From an uncultured Actinomycetes bacterium (GTDB taxonomy: Bacteria > Actinomycetota > Actinomycetes > S36-B12 > UBA5976): a DNA stretch of 57,072 nucleotides. Positions 40,296 to 51,980 of the stretch are shown here, piece by piece (the first letter of the stretch is position 1; each line of letters begins with the position of its first letter). The stretch is taken from contig CAITJH010000024.1 in NCBI GenBank assembly GCA_903892635.1, positions 1 through 57,072 on the forward strand, read 5' to 3'. The position numbers were made by a program, and so were the translations under genes. Under the pieces are notes generated by a model, which saw only the letters and a program-made list of their open reading frames with translations, had not been told where the DNA came from and searched no databases.

Positions 40296-42149
40296 CTATT
40301 TACCCTTTGCCTTTGCCGCAGCGTTGTCATCGGTCGACAAAGCCGCAATAAACGCTTCCTGTGGCACTTCGACTCGACCGACCATCTTCATGCGCTTCTT
40401 ACCTTCCTTCTGCTTTTCCAGAAGTTTGCGCTTTCGAGAAATGTCACCGCCGTAACATTTGGCGAGGACGTCTTTACGCATGGCACGAATTGTTTCGCGA
40501 GCAATAATTCGAGCGCCGATAGCTGCCTGAATCGGAACTTCGAATTGTTGTCGAGGAATAAGTTCCTTGAGCTTCGCGGCCATCATTACGCCATACGAGT
40601 ACGCCTTATCGCGATGCACAATCGCGCTAAAGGCATCGACCGGATCACCATGCAACAAGATATCGACCTTGACCAGATCAGCCATTTGCTCACCTGTGGT
40701 TTCGTAATCGAGCGATGCATAACCACGAGTACGCGACTTGAGCTGATCAAAGAAGTCAAAAACAATTTCGGCCAATGGAAGTGTGTAACGCATTTCGACG
40801 CGCTCTTCAGACAAGTAATCCATGCCGTGAAGCGTGCCGCGGCGTTGCTGGCACAATTCCATGATTGTTCCAACAAATTCATTGGGAGTCAGAATTGTGG
40901 CTCGAACAATTGGTTCGTGAACTTCAGCAATCTTGCCATCAGGAAATTCGCTCGGGTTAGTCACGATATGTTCGGAACCATCGTCCATCTTGACGCGATA
41001 GATAACGTTTGGCGCAGTTGAAATCAGATCAAGATCGAATTCGCGCTCGAGACGTTCACGCACAATTTCCAAGTGCAACAGTCCAAGGAAGCCACAACGG
41101 AATCCAAAACCAAGTGCCACCGATGATTCAGGTTCGTAGACCAAGGCAGCGTCATTGAGTTTGAGTTTGTCGAGTGCATCGCGAAGTAATGGGAAATCAG
41201 AACCATCGAGTGGATACAAACCAGAGAACACCATCGGCTTTGGATCCCGATAACCACCAAGAGACTCAGTTGCTGGCTTTCCGGCCAATGTGATCGTGTC
41301 ACCAACTCGTGATTGACGTACATCCTTCACGCCAGTGATGAGATAACCAACTTCGCCAACACCAATGGCCTTTGATGGTTTTGGTTCTGGTGAGATCACA
41401 CCTACTTCAAGAATTTCATGGACCTCATTGGTACTCATCATCTTGATTTTTTCGCGCTCAGAAATTTTTCCATCGACAACGCGAACGTAGGTAACAACGC
41501 CGCGGTATGTGTCATAGACCGAGTCGAAGATCAATGCGCGTGCAGGCGCCGAAGCATCGCCAACTGGCGCTGGAATTTGTTTGACAACTTCATTGAGCAA
41601 TTCAGTAATGCCAACGCCGGTCTTGGCACTGACCTTGAGTACATCGTCTGGTGAACAGCCAATAATGTGCGCAAGTTCGGCCGCATACTTTTCTGGTTGC
41701 GCGGCCGGCAAATCAATCTTGTTAAGCACCGGAATGATTGTCAGATCGTTTTCTAACGCTAAGTAAAGGTTGGCAAGTGTTTGGGCTTCAATACCTTGAG
41801 CGGCATCAACTAACAAAATGGCGCCTTCACAAGCCGCCAAGCTGCGACTCACTTCGTAAGTGAAGTCAACGTGACCTGGCGTATCAATCAAGTTAAGTAC
41901 ATAATCAACACCATCATCGGCCTTAAACGGCAACCGGACTGCTTGACTCTTGATCGTGATGCCTCGCTCACGCTCAATGTCCATGCGATCGAGGTACTGA
42001 GCTCGCATGTGACGGGCGTCCACAACTCCAGTGATCTGCAACATGCGATCTGCCAACGTCGACTTGCCATGGTCGATATGGGCAATAATGCAGAAATTGC
42101 GGATGATTTCGGGTGTTGTGGCTCCGGGTTGAGGTGTAGTGGCAGCCAT
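40296..42149 (-). CDS. lepA: Translation elongation factor 4
   Basis: '[13 protein letters not shown]', '[11 protein letters not shown]', '[10 protein letters not shown]'; start probably ATG 42149. Confidence 0.98.
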   Translation of the reverse strand: MAATTPQPGATTPEIIRNFCIIAHIDHGKSTLADRMLQITGVVDARHMRAQYLDRMDIERERGITIKSQAVRLPFKADDGVDYVLNLIDTPGHVDFTYEVSRSLAACEGAILLVDAAQGIEAQTLANLYLALENDLTIIPVLNKIDLPAAQPEKYAAELAHIIGCSPDDVLKVSAKTGVGITELLNEVVKQIPAPVGDASAPARALIFDSVYDTYRGVVTYVRVVDGKISEREKIKMMSTNEVHEILEVGVISPEPKPSKAIGVGEVGYLITGVKDVRQSRVGDTITLAGKPATESLGGYRDPKPMVFSGLYPLDGSDFPLLRDALDKLKLNDAALVYEPESSVALGFGFRCGFLGLLHLEIVRERLEREFDLDLISTAPNVIYRVKMDDGSEHIVTNPSEFPDGKIAEVHEPIVRATILTPNEFVGTIMELCQQRRGTLHGMDYLSEERVEMRYTLPLAEIVFDFFDQLKSRTRGYASLDYETTGEQMADLVKVDILLHGDPVDAFSAIVHRDKAYSYGVMMAAKLKELIPRQQFEVPIQAAIGARIIARETIRAMRKDVLAKCYGGDISRKRKLLEKQKEGKKRMKMVGRVEVPQEAFIAALSTDDNAAAKAKGK

Positions 42150-42179
42150 AAACCCAATAGTTCCATACATTTACCCAAT

Positions 42180-42209
42180 TTGAGCAAATGGGTGGGTCAC
42201 GGGTACTCT
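42180..42209 (+). promoter_or_regulatory. Housekeeping sigma promoter for rpsT
   Basis: TTGAGC-N18-TACTCT upstream of rpsT. Confidence 0.5.
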
Positions 42210-42247
42210 TTGTTAGTCAAGAAATACCGATTAAGAAGAGGCAAACC

Positions 42248-42505
42248 GTGGCCAACATTAAGTCCCAGAAGAAGCGCATTCTGCAGAACAACGCTGCACA
42301 CGAGCGCAACAAGGCTGTTCGCAGTGCTCTGAAGACTAAGGTCCGTCGATTCCGCGAAGCACTTGTTGCTGGAGATGCTGAAAAGACAGCAGCAGCACTC
42401 AAGGATGCTTCACGTGCATTGGACAAGGCAGCCTCAAAGGGTGTTATTCACAAGAACCAGGCAGCAAACCGCAAGTCAGCAATGGCGCAGGCAGCTAGCA
42501 AGTAG
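42248..42505 (+). CDS. rpsT: 30S ribosomal protein S20
   Basis: 'ANIKSQKKR', '[14 protein letters not shown]'; GTG start after GAGG. Confidence 0.98.
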   Translation: MANIKSQKKRILQNNAAHERNKAVRSALKTKVRRFREALVAGDAEKTAAALKDASRALDKAASKGVIHKNQAANRKSAMAQAASK

Positions 42506-42523
42506 TTCTTCACTAAATTTTCA

Positions 42524-43540
42524 TTAATCTCTTGGCGGTCTTACCGCCAAGAGATTTTTTTCGATCTCGTACATGCTTTGCGCTGGATCAAGACTGACTC
42601 CCCCATTAATAGCAGCGTCATATGTCGTGCCCTTGCTTGCACGATCGGCAAGCGCTAACAATTTTGTCGCCATAGCAAGTTGCTCGGGATTCCATTTCGC
42701 TTTTTGCGCGCGAAGGTACCTAATGCGCCAAGGTGGAACCGCAAGCATCGATGCCAAGTCGCCTTCGGACATACCTGCCGGTGCACCGGCGTATTTCAAT
42801 AACGTGCGTAACCCGCTGGCCATGGCCATCACCATGGGCACAGCTGCGGAATTATCCTGATGCACGGCCCACCGAAATTGTTCAAGCACTTCGATTGGCT
42901 TTGCGTTCCACAACGCATCGCTCACATTCCACCCTTTGACGTCCGCGACACCTTCATAGAATTCGGCAACAATTTGGCCGTCAATAATGTCTGTCGTTGA
43001 ATCTGCGCATAACTGGGAGATTGCAGCTAGCAACTCGCTTAAACTTGTTCCAATTGCCTGTTGAAGTTGAGTGATGGCTTCTGCAGTGGGCTTCTTGCCG
43101 TGTTTACGAAATTCGGCAGTCAGCGCGGCTTCGAGATCCTTACCCTTCAACTCACTGGTCGATGCCTCGAGCACTCCAGATTTTCGAATTGTGTCAAGGA
43201 GTTTTTTGCCCTTCACGCCACCAGGGTGCAGCAGAACTAATCGAACGTGTTCAGGCGTATTAGTGCAGGCATCAACAAGCATGGGAGCCACATCGTCAGT
43301 TGCGCTATCGATGCCTGAGATGACTACGACATTTGCTTCACCAAATAAGGATGGCGACAGAGCAACCGTTAGTTCGCCGACAGCAGCGTCGGAATCAGCG
43401 GCTAGATCTTTGCGAACTGTATGTGGATCTGTGGCTCTGGCTGAACGCATTACTCCATCGATAACTCGCTGAATCAGAACAGCCTCTTTGCCAACTGCAA
43501 GAACGACTTTTGCATCGTCCGTCGCAGATTTCTTCGTCAT
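42524..43540 (-). CDS. holA: DNA polymerase III delta subunit
   Basis: 'SPSLFGE', 'H.GG.KGK', 'PPW' actinobacterial HolA; canonical comEC-holA-rpsT context. Confidence 0.88.
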   Translation of the reverse strand: MTKKSATDDAKVVLAVGKEAVLIQRVIDGVMRSARATDPHTVRKDLAADSDAAVGELTVALSPSLFGEANVVVISGIDSATDDVAPMLVDACTNTPEHVRLVLLHPGGVKGKKLLDTIRKSGVLEASTSELKGKDLEAALTAEFRKHGKKPTAEAITQLQQAIGTSLSELLAAISQLCADSTTDIIDGQIVAEFYEGVADVKGWNVSDALWNAKPIEVLEQFRWAVHQDNSAAVPMVMAMASGLRTLLKYAGAPAGMSEGDLASMLAVPPWRIRYLRAQKAKWNPEQLAMATKLLALADRASKGTTYDAAINGGVSLDPAQSMYEIEKNLLAVRPPRD

Positions 43541-43566
43541 GACTCAACTATGCCATGCCCTGCTGA

Positions 43567-45897
43567 CTACCTTTGGGCTCGCACACCAAGATGATGTCCA
43601 TCCCACACCACTGCAACAGCCCCCTGCCGATCGGTACGCCACACCGTTGCACCGAGGGCCTGATACATGGCGATTGTGGATTGGGCAGGATGGCCATAGT
43701 CGTTATTGAGTCCCACTGAGATGATGGCATCTCGTGGATGAACTGCAGCCGCAAATTGGGCGTCCTGATGTGGCGACCCATGATGCGGAACTTTCAACAC
43801 GTCAGCGTGTAGCCCCGACCCAAATTGTGACACCAATGCTTGTTGTGCTGCCGGCTCTACGTCGCCCGACATCACAATTGTGTGACCTAACGTCTTGATC
43901 AGCAGAACGATACTTGCGTTGTTTGGATCACTTCCTTGTCCACGAATAATCCGCGATGGCCATAAGCAAGTGATATCCAGCGATCCGATCACTATGTGCT
44001 GAGGAAAGCTCGAAACAAATGTTGGTATGTGATGATCGCGAAGCTCTCGCATGGCAAATGACGCTGTCAGTTCTGGCTCTGGCAATGCAGTTACCCACGC
44101 CTGATCGACGATTCGACCTCGAATCGCACCATCAATTCCGCCAACATGGTCAGCATGAAAGTGCGTCAACACAAGAAGCGAAATATGTCTGATGTGCAAT
44201 TTTCTGAGGCAAGAATTCATGAGCGTTGGATCTGGCCCCACATCAATCACAACACCGTCATGGGGGCCAACTCGAAAGACTGCCCCATCGCCTTGTCCGA
44301 CATCACACGCCACCATGATCCAACCCGAACCTGGCCACGGATGAAATTCAGGATTTACCGGAAACCACAATAGACACGTCACCGTAAGCACTGAGGCAAT
44401 CATCGTTTGTCGAGCAGTTTGATCAAGTCGCGACCACAGAAATGTTCCATGAACGACTGCGGCAACCATCACAACGGCTAACGCCACACCTTGTGGGCCA
44501 TGTGGCCATGGAATTGTCAGCCATGTAAGCGTTGAACATCGGCGTGCTATCCAACCAATAGCAATAGCCGGCCATACTGCACCAATAACGACGATGTGCG
44601 CGACAGGAACACTTACTAATGCGATCAATGCCGCCACTAGCCCAAGCAACATCGCGGGGGTTGCCAGTGGTACCGCAAGCATGTTGGCTGGAATCGATGC
44701 AAATGACAATGGCGCACCGAGAGCAACCATCACTGGAAGTACTGCGAGTTGGGCGCACATCGTTACGGCGAGAACCTCAATGAGCCACCGAGGTATACCT
44801 CGCCACAAGTATCGGTCAAGCGTGTCAACTAAGCGGTGAGACATCAGAATCAATCCGGCAGTAGCCAAGGTGGACAACATAAATCCGTAGGACAAAGCCA
44901 GCCATGGGTTCAACAGAACTAGTCCAATCACTGCTCCGGCGAGTGCGGGAAGCGGAGAACTTCGCGCGCCAATGTAATGGCCAATGACAACTACGAGACC
45001 CATCACTGTTGCACGAAGCACACTTGGTTGAGGTCGCACGACTATCACAAAAGCGACCAGTGCAAGAATCACCAAAACTGCCTGCATCGTTCGATTTCGT
45101 CGTCGCGTCAATCGCATGATGACGGCAATCAAGAGTGAAACATTGGCGCCGGAAACAGCAATTAAGTGAGTGAGACCAGATTCTTGCATCGCAGACTTGA
45201 GTTCGGGGTTCAATCGTTCACTATCCCCTAGCGCCAACCCAGGCACGAGGGCTTGTGCATCGCTGGGTTCATCGGTCAAAGTGCCGCGAAGTTGCGAACG
45301 AAGATAGTCGGCCCAAGATTGATACCGCGGTGGACCACGGCTAATCACGATGTCAGACACCGATAATGCGGCAGCAACTGGTTGTCCAGCTTTCGGTTGG
45401 AACAACTTTCCACTGAGTGATACTTGTGTTCCGGGAACAAGAGTTCGCATCAGTTCAAATGAGGTGCCGGTACTAAACGCTGAAATCGGTATTGAGCCTC
45501 GTGTGACGACATCGTTAACTGTGACCGAGTGCGCCGTCATTGGCACTACAGCGGATGAGGATGAAGCCCAATCCAATGCTGCAGATTTAGTGAAAACAAT
45601 TGGGTCACCTGAAACCGTTGCCTCGATGTGCACGATTAAATGGCTCGCCGCAGCAGCTCGAATGGGATGTGAATGAAGTGGCCACACGCGAAGAAATGCA
45701 ACTGCCGAACCGCACAACATTGCTAATCCAATGAGTTTCCACTGCGCCCCTGCCATGCCTTCACTACTGATAACAACAACTGCCAACATCGCGAATAACG
45801 CCGCGATCTGTTGGGGCGCAATATGACCTGATGCAACCACGACAATCGACGTAGCAAGCCAAACACCACATGCGGCAGGTATTAATCGAACGTCCAC
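43567..45897 (-). CDS. comEC: Competence protein ComEC/Rec2
   Basis: 'GLTHLIAVSGAN', 'PSVLRA..M', MBL 'DVGQGD', 'THFHADH', 'KVPHHGS', 'NDYGHP'; GTG overlaps the comEA stop. Confidence 0.95.
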   Translation of the reverse strand: MDVRLIPAACGVWLATSIVVVASGHIAPQQIAALFAMLAVVVISSEGMAGAQWKLIGLAMLCGSAVAFLRVWPLHSHPIRAAAASHLIVHIEATVSGDPIVFTKSAALDWASSSSAVVPMTAHSVTVNDVVTRGSIPISAFSTGTSFELMRTLVPGTQVSLSGKLFQPKAGQPVAAALSVSDIVISRGPPRYQSWADYLRSQLRGTLTDEPSDAQALVPGLALGDSERLNPELKSAMQESGLTHLIAVSGANVSLLIAVIMRLTRRRNRTMQAVLVILALVAFVIVVRPQPSVLRATVMGLVVVIGHYIGARSSPLPALAGAVIGLVLLNPWLALSYGFMLSTLATAGLILMSHRLVDTLDRYLWRGIPRWLIEVLAVTMCAQLAVLPVMVALGAPLSFASIPANMLAVPLATPAMLLGLVAALIALVSVPVAHIVVIGAVWPAIAIGWIARRCSTLTWLTIPWPHGPQGVALAVVMVAAVVHGTFLWSRLDQTARQTMIASVLTVTCLLWFPVNPEFHPWPGSGWIMVACDVGQGDGAVFRVGPHDGVVIDVGPDPTLMNSCLRKLHIRHISLLVLTHFHADHVGGIDGAIRGRIVDQAWVTALPEPELTASFAMRELRDHHIPTFVSSFPQHIVIGSLDITCLWPSRIIRGQGSDPNNASIVLLIKTLGHTIVMSGDVEPAAQQALVSQFGSGLHADVLKVPHHGSPHQDAQFAAAVHPRDAIISVGLNNDYGHPAQSTIAMYQALGATVWRTDRQGAVAVVWDGHHLGVRAQR

Positions 45898-46580
45898 TAC
45901 AGCCGGACTAAGGACTTGAGATTTGCAAATACTTTTGGACCGATCCCTGGAACTTCTTGTAACTGGTCGAGGGAAGAAAAATGTTGGTGTTGAGATCGCC
46001 AAGCAACGATGCGACCTGCTAGCACTGGCCCAACTCCCGGAAGTCCATCAAAGTCAGTGGCCGAACCGGAATTGAGACTGACTCGCGGGTCTGACTGCGA
46101 TGTTGTGCCCGCATGATCACCGACAACTATTTGTTGGCCATCATCGAGTCGCGCAGCCAAATTGAGCGATGACGTTCCTGCACTACCCGTGACGCCGCCG
46201 GCAGCCGAAATTGCGTCGGCCACTCGACTACCTGCTGGAAGTGTATGAATTCCCGGATTCGCAACTAGACCTTCAACATCAACGACAACTCTTGTGACAC
46301 CGGTAGTTATCGCACCCGAAACCGATGGAACAGCAAGTGGAATTCCCTGAGTGATGGTGCGGGCAACAGGACTTGAAGTCGGTCGATTGAGCCACACAAG
46401 ACAGGCAACAACAGCCACGATGGCGATCGCATAACGTCCAATAGATCGAATCTGACCAGCGGACACATCGTGCACAAACGGTTCGAGCACGACAGGCTCA
46501 TCATTAACTTCACGTGCAGAAATTAGTGAAGCGAGACGCTCTTGCACCAGAGCTGTGAAGGCTTGATGTGTGCGAGGCAT
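45897..46580 (-). CDS. comEA: Competence DNA receptor ComEA
   Basis: TM anchor, SLBB 'VDV.G.V..PG...LP.GSRVADAI.AAGG', HhH 'LPGVGP', 'VPGIGP'; start ATG 46580. Confidence 0.93.
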   Translation of the reverse strand: MPRTHQAFTALVQERLASLISAREVNDEPVVLEPFVHDVSAGQIRSIGRYAIAIVAVVACLVWLNRPTSSPVARTITQGIPLAVPSVSGAITTGVTRVVVDVEGLVANPGIHTLPAGSRVADAISAAGGVTGSAGTSSLNLAARLDDGQQIVVGDHAGTTSQSDPRVSLNSGSATDFDGLPGVGPVLAGRIVAWRSQHQHFSSLDQLQEVPGIGPKVFANLKSLVRL

Positions 46581-46653
46581 TGCGCCATAGTAAAAAAGTT
46601 GCTCGTAACAACACTCAGTTCGCACATGAATGTGGACGAATACTGATTGAGGA

Positions 46654-47493
46654 TTAATCGATAGTCGGCGTAATTGCTATCGCAACGGTTCCTGGCCCAG
46701 TATGAACTCCAACGACCGCACCAGCCGGAGTCACCGTTACGGCCTCTCGATCAAGTCGCTCACACAATTGCTGCGCAATTGTTTCAGCACGCTCATGAGC
46801 ATCAACATGATGCACCGCAATGTCGCAACCTGCGGTTGCCTGAGAAACGGCAATCTCTACAAGGCGCGCAAGTGCCTTGGCAGTAGTTCTCACGAGTTCC
46901 TGCGATTCAACTTTTCCATCGACCATAGTAAGGATGGGCTTAACAGAAAGTGCCCCACCAATGCGAGCCTGTGCCGAGCCAATCCGCCCACCGCGTTGCA
47001 AATAGTCCAAAGTGTCAACAGAAAAAATAATTGATGATTTATTACATCGAGTTGACATGTGATTCGCAACATCGTCGGCTAGAGCTCCTTGTCGCGCCAA
47101 AGTCGCTCCAGAGAGCACTGCTGCGCCCATAGCCATTCCGATCGTTCTGGAATCAATAACACGGACATTTGCACTACATCGAGCACTTGCCAAAAGCGCT
47201 GACTCATAAGTTCCTGACAGCTCACTTGATAAGTGCACGCTAACAATGTCACTGAACCCTGAATCAATCAACGATTCAAAAGCAGAAACGAACTGTTCAG
47301 GACTTGGGCGTGAGGTTGTCACAGTCTTGCCCGAAGTGACTGCCTTGAAAATGAGGTCTTGTGTCACCGATTCGGTTTCGTTGAATGACTGACCATCAAT
47401 AATGACCTGAACGGGAACAACAACGATGTCTAAAGCATGTGCCAAAGACTCCGGCAAGTACGCCGTGGAATCAGTGACAATGCCAACTGTCAT
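46654..47493 (-). CDS. DegV family fatty-acid-binding protein
   Basis: 'IVTDSTA', 'TTSRP', 'LSSELSGT', 'L.RGGRI', 'HTGPG'. Confidence 0.93.
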   Translation of the reverse strand: MTVGIVTDSTAYLPESLAHALDIVVVPVQVIIDGQSFNETESVTQDLIFKAVTSGKTVTTSRPSPEQFVSAFESLIDSGFSDIVSVHLSSELSGTYESALLASARCSANVRVIDSRTIGMAMGAAVLSGATLARQGALADDVANHMSTRCNKSSIIFSVDTLDYLQRGGRIGSAQARIGGALSVKPILTMVDGKVESQELVRTTAKALARLVEIAVSQATAGCDIAVHHVDAHERAETIAQQLCERLDREAVTVTPAGAVVGVHTGPGTVAIAITPTID

Positions 47494-47495
47494 CG

Positions 47496-49973
47496 CTAGG
47501 CCACGACGATATTGACAAGCTTCGGTGCGCGCACGATCACAGTCTTTGGGGTTGCTCCATCAAGTGCTGCGATAACGCTTTCTTGGCTCATGGCCAGTGA
47601 CTCAAGTTCGGCCTGCTCGATTGTTGGCGAAACTTGAAGACGTTCCTTGATCTTTCCATTCACTTGAACAACACATTCCACTTCGTCTTCGACGAGGAGT
47701 TTGGGATCAACTGTTGGCCATGGCGCGAGTGCAACAGATGGCTTATGCCCTAAGCGCTCCCACATTTCTTCAGCGGTGTATGGAGCCACACACGACAAGA
47801 TGATTGCTACAGCCTCAGCTGCCTCTCGCACTGCAGGATCGGCAGGTCCACAACCTGAATCGATTGCCTTACGAGTTGCGTTTACCAACTCCATAGCTCT
47901 AGCAACCGAGACGTTGAAGCGGTAAGTTTCGATCGCAAGTTGCGAGTCTGCGACTACCTTGTGCGTGACTTTACGCAATGCAATAGAACCTGTTGATGGG
48001 TCAACTCCGGGCTCACTCGTGACATCACCGGCAACGCGCCAAGCACGTGACAAAAACTTCTTCGCTCCACTCGGTGAAACATCAGCCCAGTCAATGTCGT
48101 CTTCTGGCGGACCAGCGAACACCATCGCCAAGCGAATGGCGTCAACACCGTTGCTGTCGATTTCCTCACTGAGCTTGACCAAGTTGCCTCGGCTCTTACT
48201 CATGGCTGATCCGTCCATCAACACCATGCCCTGATTGAGCAAACGTGTAAACGGTTCATTGAAATCAACCATTCCCATGTCGTTCAACACCTTGGTGAAG
48301 AAGCGACTGTAGAGAAGGTGCAAGATCGCGTGAGTAACACCACCGACATACTGATCCACTGGGAGCCACTTATTGGCTTCCGCTGTATCAAACGGTGCAG
48401 AGTCGAGTTGTGGATTCAAGTAGCGCAAGTAGTACCACGAGGAATCCACGAACGTATCCATAGTGTCGGCATCCCGTCGTGCAGATGCACCACACTTTGG
48501 GCAAGGAACGACAGCCCAATGGTCAGCTGCACCTAATGGAGACGTGCCCTTTGGTGAAAGATCTAACGTTGACGAATCTGGCAATTCAACTGGCAACTGC
48601 TCCAAAGGCACAGGTACTTCACCACATGTTTCGCAGTGAATGATCGGAATAGGAGTTCCCCAGAAGCGCTGTCGCGAAATGAGCCAGTCGCGAAGTCGAT
48701 AATTTGTCGCAGACTTTCCCTTGCCATTCGCTTCAAGAGTGTCAATCATTGCTGCGATCGCATCTGCCTTACCCAAACCGTCCAAGGCGCCTGAGTTCAC
48801 GTGCGCGCCATCATCAGCTGTCGCTTCGCCAGTTACTGCAGGATCAGTCTCGCTTTCAACAACAACGCGAATCGGCAAATCAAAAGTCTTTGCAAAATCG
48901 AGGTCACGTTGATCGTGTGCCGGCACTGCCATGATCGCGCCGGTTCCATAATCCGCAAGCACATAATCGCTCGCCCAAATCGGAAGGCGCTCACCATTAA
49001 CTGGATTGATCGCATAGCGATTCAAAAAGACTCCAGTTTTTGGACGATCAGTCGACAAGCGATCCATTTCACTTGTGGCTTTGACTTGTTCAAGGTACTC
49101 GTTGAAGTCTGCTTCGGTGTCACTTCCCGCTGCGAGTTCGGCCGCTAGGTCGCTGTCAACAGCAACAACCATGAATGTTGCGCCGAACAATGTGTCTGGA
49201 CGTGTTGTGTACACCGTGACAGGTTCATTGCGTCCTTCGATATCGAAAGTAACTTCGGCACCCTTAGAACGACCGATCCAGTTGCGCTGCATCAACAACA
49301 CCTTGTCAGGCCAAGCACCTTCAAGTTGCTTCATGTCATCAAGCAAGCGATCTGCATAATCAGTGATCTTGAAATACCACTGATTAAGTTTCTTCTTAGT
49401 GACTTGTGAATCACAACGCTCGCAGAGACCGCCTACTACCTGCTCGTTGGCAAGTACGGTCTGGCATGACGGACACCAGTTAACGGCAGAGTCTTTTCGG
49501 TAAGCCAAACCGCGTTCGTACATCTTGAGGAACAACCACTGGTTCCACTTGTAGTACTCGGGATCACAGGTGTTAAGTACGCGATCCCAATCGAATGAAC
49601 ATGCATAACGACGCATTGATGCTTTCTGCACAGCGATGTTTTCGTAGGTCCAAGTCTGAGGATTTGCACCGCGCTTAATTGCCGCATTTTCTGCAGGAAG
49701 CCCGAAGGCATCCCAACCAATTGGATGCATGACATTGAATCCCTTGTGCACCCAATAGCGAGCGATGACATCACCTAGGGCATAAGCCTCGGCATGACCC
49801 ATGTGCAAGTCACCCGAAGGATAAGGGAACATGTCGAGAACATATTTAGTCGGACGAGAATCATCCGAGCGACCTGATCGAAATGGCGCTAACTCATCCC
49901 AAATTGGAAGCCACTTTTCTTGCGCTGCATGTACGTCATAGAAATTGGGGTCAGCTGCGATTTTCTCAGTCAT
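47496..49973 (-). CDS. leuS: Leucine--tRNA ligase
   Basis: '[13 protein letters not shown]', editing domain 'VPAHDQRD', 'AMSKS'. Confidence 0.98.
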   Translation of the reverse strand: MTEKIAADPNFYDVHAAQEKWLPIWDELAPFRSGRSDDSRPTKYVLDMFPYPSGDLHMGHAEAYALGDVIARYWVHKGFNVMHPIGWDAFGLPAENAAIKRGANPQTWTYENIAVQKASMRRYACSFDWDRVLNTCDPEYYKWNQWLFLKMYERGLAYRKDSAVNWCPSCQTVLANEQVVGGLCERCDSQVTKKKLNQWYFKITDYADRLLDDMKQLEGAWPDKVLLMQRNWIGRSKGAEVTFDIEGRNEPVTVYTTRPDTLFGATFMVVAVDSDLAAELAAGSDTEADFNEYLEQVKATSEMDRLSTDRPKTGVFLNRYAINPVNGERLPIWASDYVLADYGTGAIMAVPAHDQRDLDFAKTFDLPIRVVVESETDPAVTGEATADDGAHVNSGALDGLGKADAIAAMIDTLEANGKGKSATNYRLRDWLISRQRFWGTPIPIIHCETCGEVPVPLEQLPVELPDSSTLDLSPKGTSPLGAADHWAVVPCPKCGASARRDADTMDTFVDSSWYYLRYLNPQLDSAPFDTAEANKWLPVDQYVGGVTHAILHLLYSRFFTKVLNDMGMVDFNEPFTRLLNQGMVLMDGSAMSKSRGNLVKLSEEIDSNGVDAIRLAMVFAGPPEDDIDWADVSPSGAKKFLSRAWRVAGDVTSEPGVDPSTGSIALRKVTHKVVADSQLAIETYRFNVSVARAMELVNATRKAIDSGCGPADPAVREAAEAVAIILSCVAPYTAEEMWERLGHKPSVALAPWPTVDPKLLVEDEVECVVQVNGKIKERLQVSPTIEQAELESLAMSQESVIAALDGATPKTVIVRAPKLVNIVVA

Positions 49974-50019
49974 AATCCCTCAAGAATACCGCGCTACGGA
50001 ACGCCTTAGACTCATGAGC

Positions 50020-50913
50020 ATGTCGAAGCGTGGTTGGATCCTGTTTGCCTCTCTAGGAATTATTTGGGGCACGCCGTACCTATTTATCCGAGTCGCTGTG
50101 GCATCGCTTTCCCCTGCCGTTGTCGTTTGCGGCCGGATGGGGCTGGCAGTCATCCTGCTATTACCCTTTGCGCTCAAAGAGAAGCCGCTGGCCACGTGGC
50201 GTCAGTACAAACGCGGCATCCTCATGTTGGCTGCAGTCGAAATGATTGTGCCGTTTGGCGCATTGTCCATAGCCGAACAACACATTTCGAGTTCGCTTGC
50301 GGGTTTATTGATTGCTGGAGTGCCAATTACGACAGGCTTACTCCTTCGTCGCATTAATCATGATGACCAATGGGATCGACGTCGAGTTCTTGGGCTTGCT
50401 GTCGGAATGGCTGGCATCGTGGCATTAGTCGGTCTAGACATTCGCGCAGACAATTGGTGGTCAATCGCGCTGTGCTTCGTCGCAGTCTTTGGATATGCCA
50501 TGGGTCCAATTGTGATCACAACCAAACTTGAAGGGGCTCCAGACCTAGCTTCAATCGTGCTGGCGCAAGTGTGTGCATTCGTCGCATACTTGCCACTGCT
50601 GTTATGGCAGCTATCAAATGGCACATGGAAGACTGCACATGCTCACGAAGTTGGGGTTCCCACAACCGCATGGCTATCAGTATTAGGCCTTGGTGTCTTA
50701 TGTACAGCGATTGCCTTTGCACTTCTCTTCAAATTGATAGCCGAAGTTGGCCCAAGTCGAACTACTGTGATCACTTACATCAATCCAGCTGTAGCGATCT
50801 TGCTCGGAGTTGTATTCCTTAACGAACCATTCACACTCGGCCTTGCCGTCGGATTCCCTCTGGTGCTGATTGGTTCGGTGCTGGCTACCCGCAAACAATC
50901 AGTAACTTCTTAG
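50020..50913 (+). CDS. DMT/EamA family transporter
   Basis: 'IIWGTPYLFIRVA', 'LIAEVGP.R..VITYINP.VA'; start ATG 50014 or 50020. Confidence 0.88.
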   Translation: MSKRGWILFASLGIIWGTPYLFIRVAVASLSPAVVVCGRMGLAVILLLPFALKEKPLATWRQYKRGILMLAAVEMIVPFGALSIAEQHISSSLAGLLIAGVPITTGLLLRRINHDDQWDRRRVLGLAVGMAGIVALVGLDIRADNWWSIALCFVAVFGYAMGPIVITTKLEGAPDLASIVLAQVCAFVAYLPLLLWQLSNGTWKTAHAHEVGVPTTAWLSVLGLGVLCTAIAFALLFKLIAEVGPSRTTVITYINPAVAILLGVVFLNEPFTLGLAVGFPLVLIGSVLATRKQSVTS

Positions 50914-51980
50914 TTACGCGCAACGAATCCACGGGCATACTGATCCGCCCAAGGGATTGGATCACCGAGATCTTGCGCTGCTTGATATGCCCATCGAGGG
51001 TTACCCAAACTTGCACGACCAATCATGACGGCAGTGATGTCGCCACTCTTAAGAATCTCTTCGGCTTGTGCAGCAGTAGTGATCAGACCAACAGCTGAGA
51101 CAGGAATTCCCGTTTCTTCTTCAATCTTGAGGGCAGCTGGAACTTGGTAGCCCGGTCCAAGAGGAATTTCTTGACGCATCGATAGACCGCCACTTGATAC
51201 ATCGACGAGATCAACACCACGTGCCTTGAGTTCGCGACTCAGAGCAACGCTTTGTTCAACGTCCCAACCGCCTTCGATCCAATCAGTTGCAGAGATTCGA
51301 ACAAACAGACTGCGATGAGGAGGAATTGTGAGTCGCGCTTCGGAAACGATTTCCAACAGTAATCGAATACGGTTCTCAAACGAGCCACCATATTCATCGG
51401 TTCGCTGATTTGAGATTGGCGAGAGAAATTCGTGCAACAAATATCCATGCGCAGCATGAATCTCGATCACGTCAAATTCGGCCATCACAGCACGCTCAAC
51501 TGCAGCCGCAAATTGGTAGCGCGCTTTATTGATGTCGTCCATTGTCATTTCTCGTGGCGTTGGATAACCCTCGAATGCAACGGCTGACGGCGCGATGGTT
51601 TCCCAACTGCCCTCGGCTTCGGTCAAAGGTGCCCCGCCCTTCCACGGCGCATGGCAACTTCCCTTGCGACCAGCATGACCGATCTGGATGCCGACTTTAG
51701 TGTTATGACGTTTAGCAAAACGCGGAATCTCGGCCAGTACTTGGGCTTGTTGGTCGGTCCAAATACCTAGATCGCCAGCACTAATTCGACCTTCAGGTGA
51801 TACTGAAGTTGCTTCAACGATCACAAGGCCAGCACCGCCAGTAATAAACGCTCCGTAGTGCACAGCATGCCAATCTTGCATCATTCCTTCGACGGCTGAG
51901 TATTGGCACATTGGTGGAATCCAGACTCGGTTCTTGTAAGTGTGAGGACCAACCGTTACTTCAGAAAAAAGTTGTGACAT
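50910..51980 (-). CDS. NADH:flavin oxidoreductase (Old Yellow Enzyme, YqjM/NamA-like)
   Basis: 'PMCQYS', 'H.GRK', 'HAAHGYLLHEFLSP.SN.R.DEYGGS.ENR.R'. Confidence 0.92.
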   Translation of the reverse strand: MSQLFSEVTVGPHTYKNRVWIPPMCQYSAVEGMMQDWHAVHYGAFITGGAGLVIVEATSVSPEGRISAGDLGIWTDQQAQVLAEIPRFAKRHNTKVGIQIGHAGRKGSCHAPWKGGAPLTEAEGSWETIAPSAVAFEGYPTPREMTMDDINKARYQFAAAVERAVMAEFDVIEIHAAHGYLLHEFLSPISNQRTDEYGGSFENRIRLLLEIVSEARLTIPPHRSLFVRISATDWIEGGWDVEQSVALSRELKARGVDLVDVSSGGLSMRQEIPLGPGYQVPAALKIEEETGIPVSAVGLITTAAQAEEILKSGDITAVMIGRASLGNPRWAYQAAQDLGDPIPWADQYARGFVARN

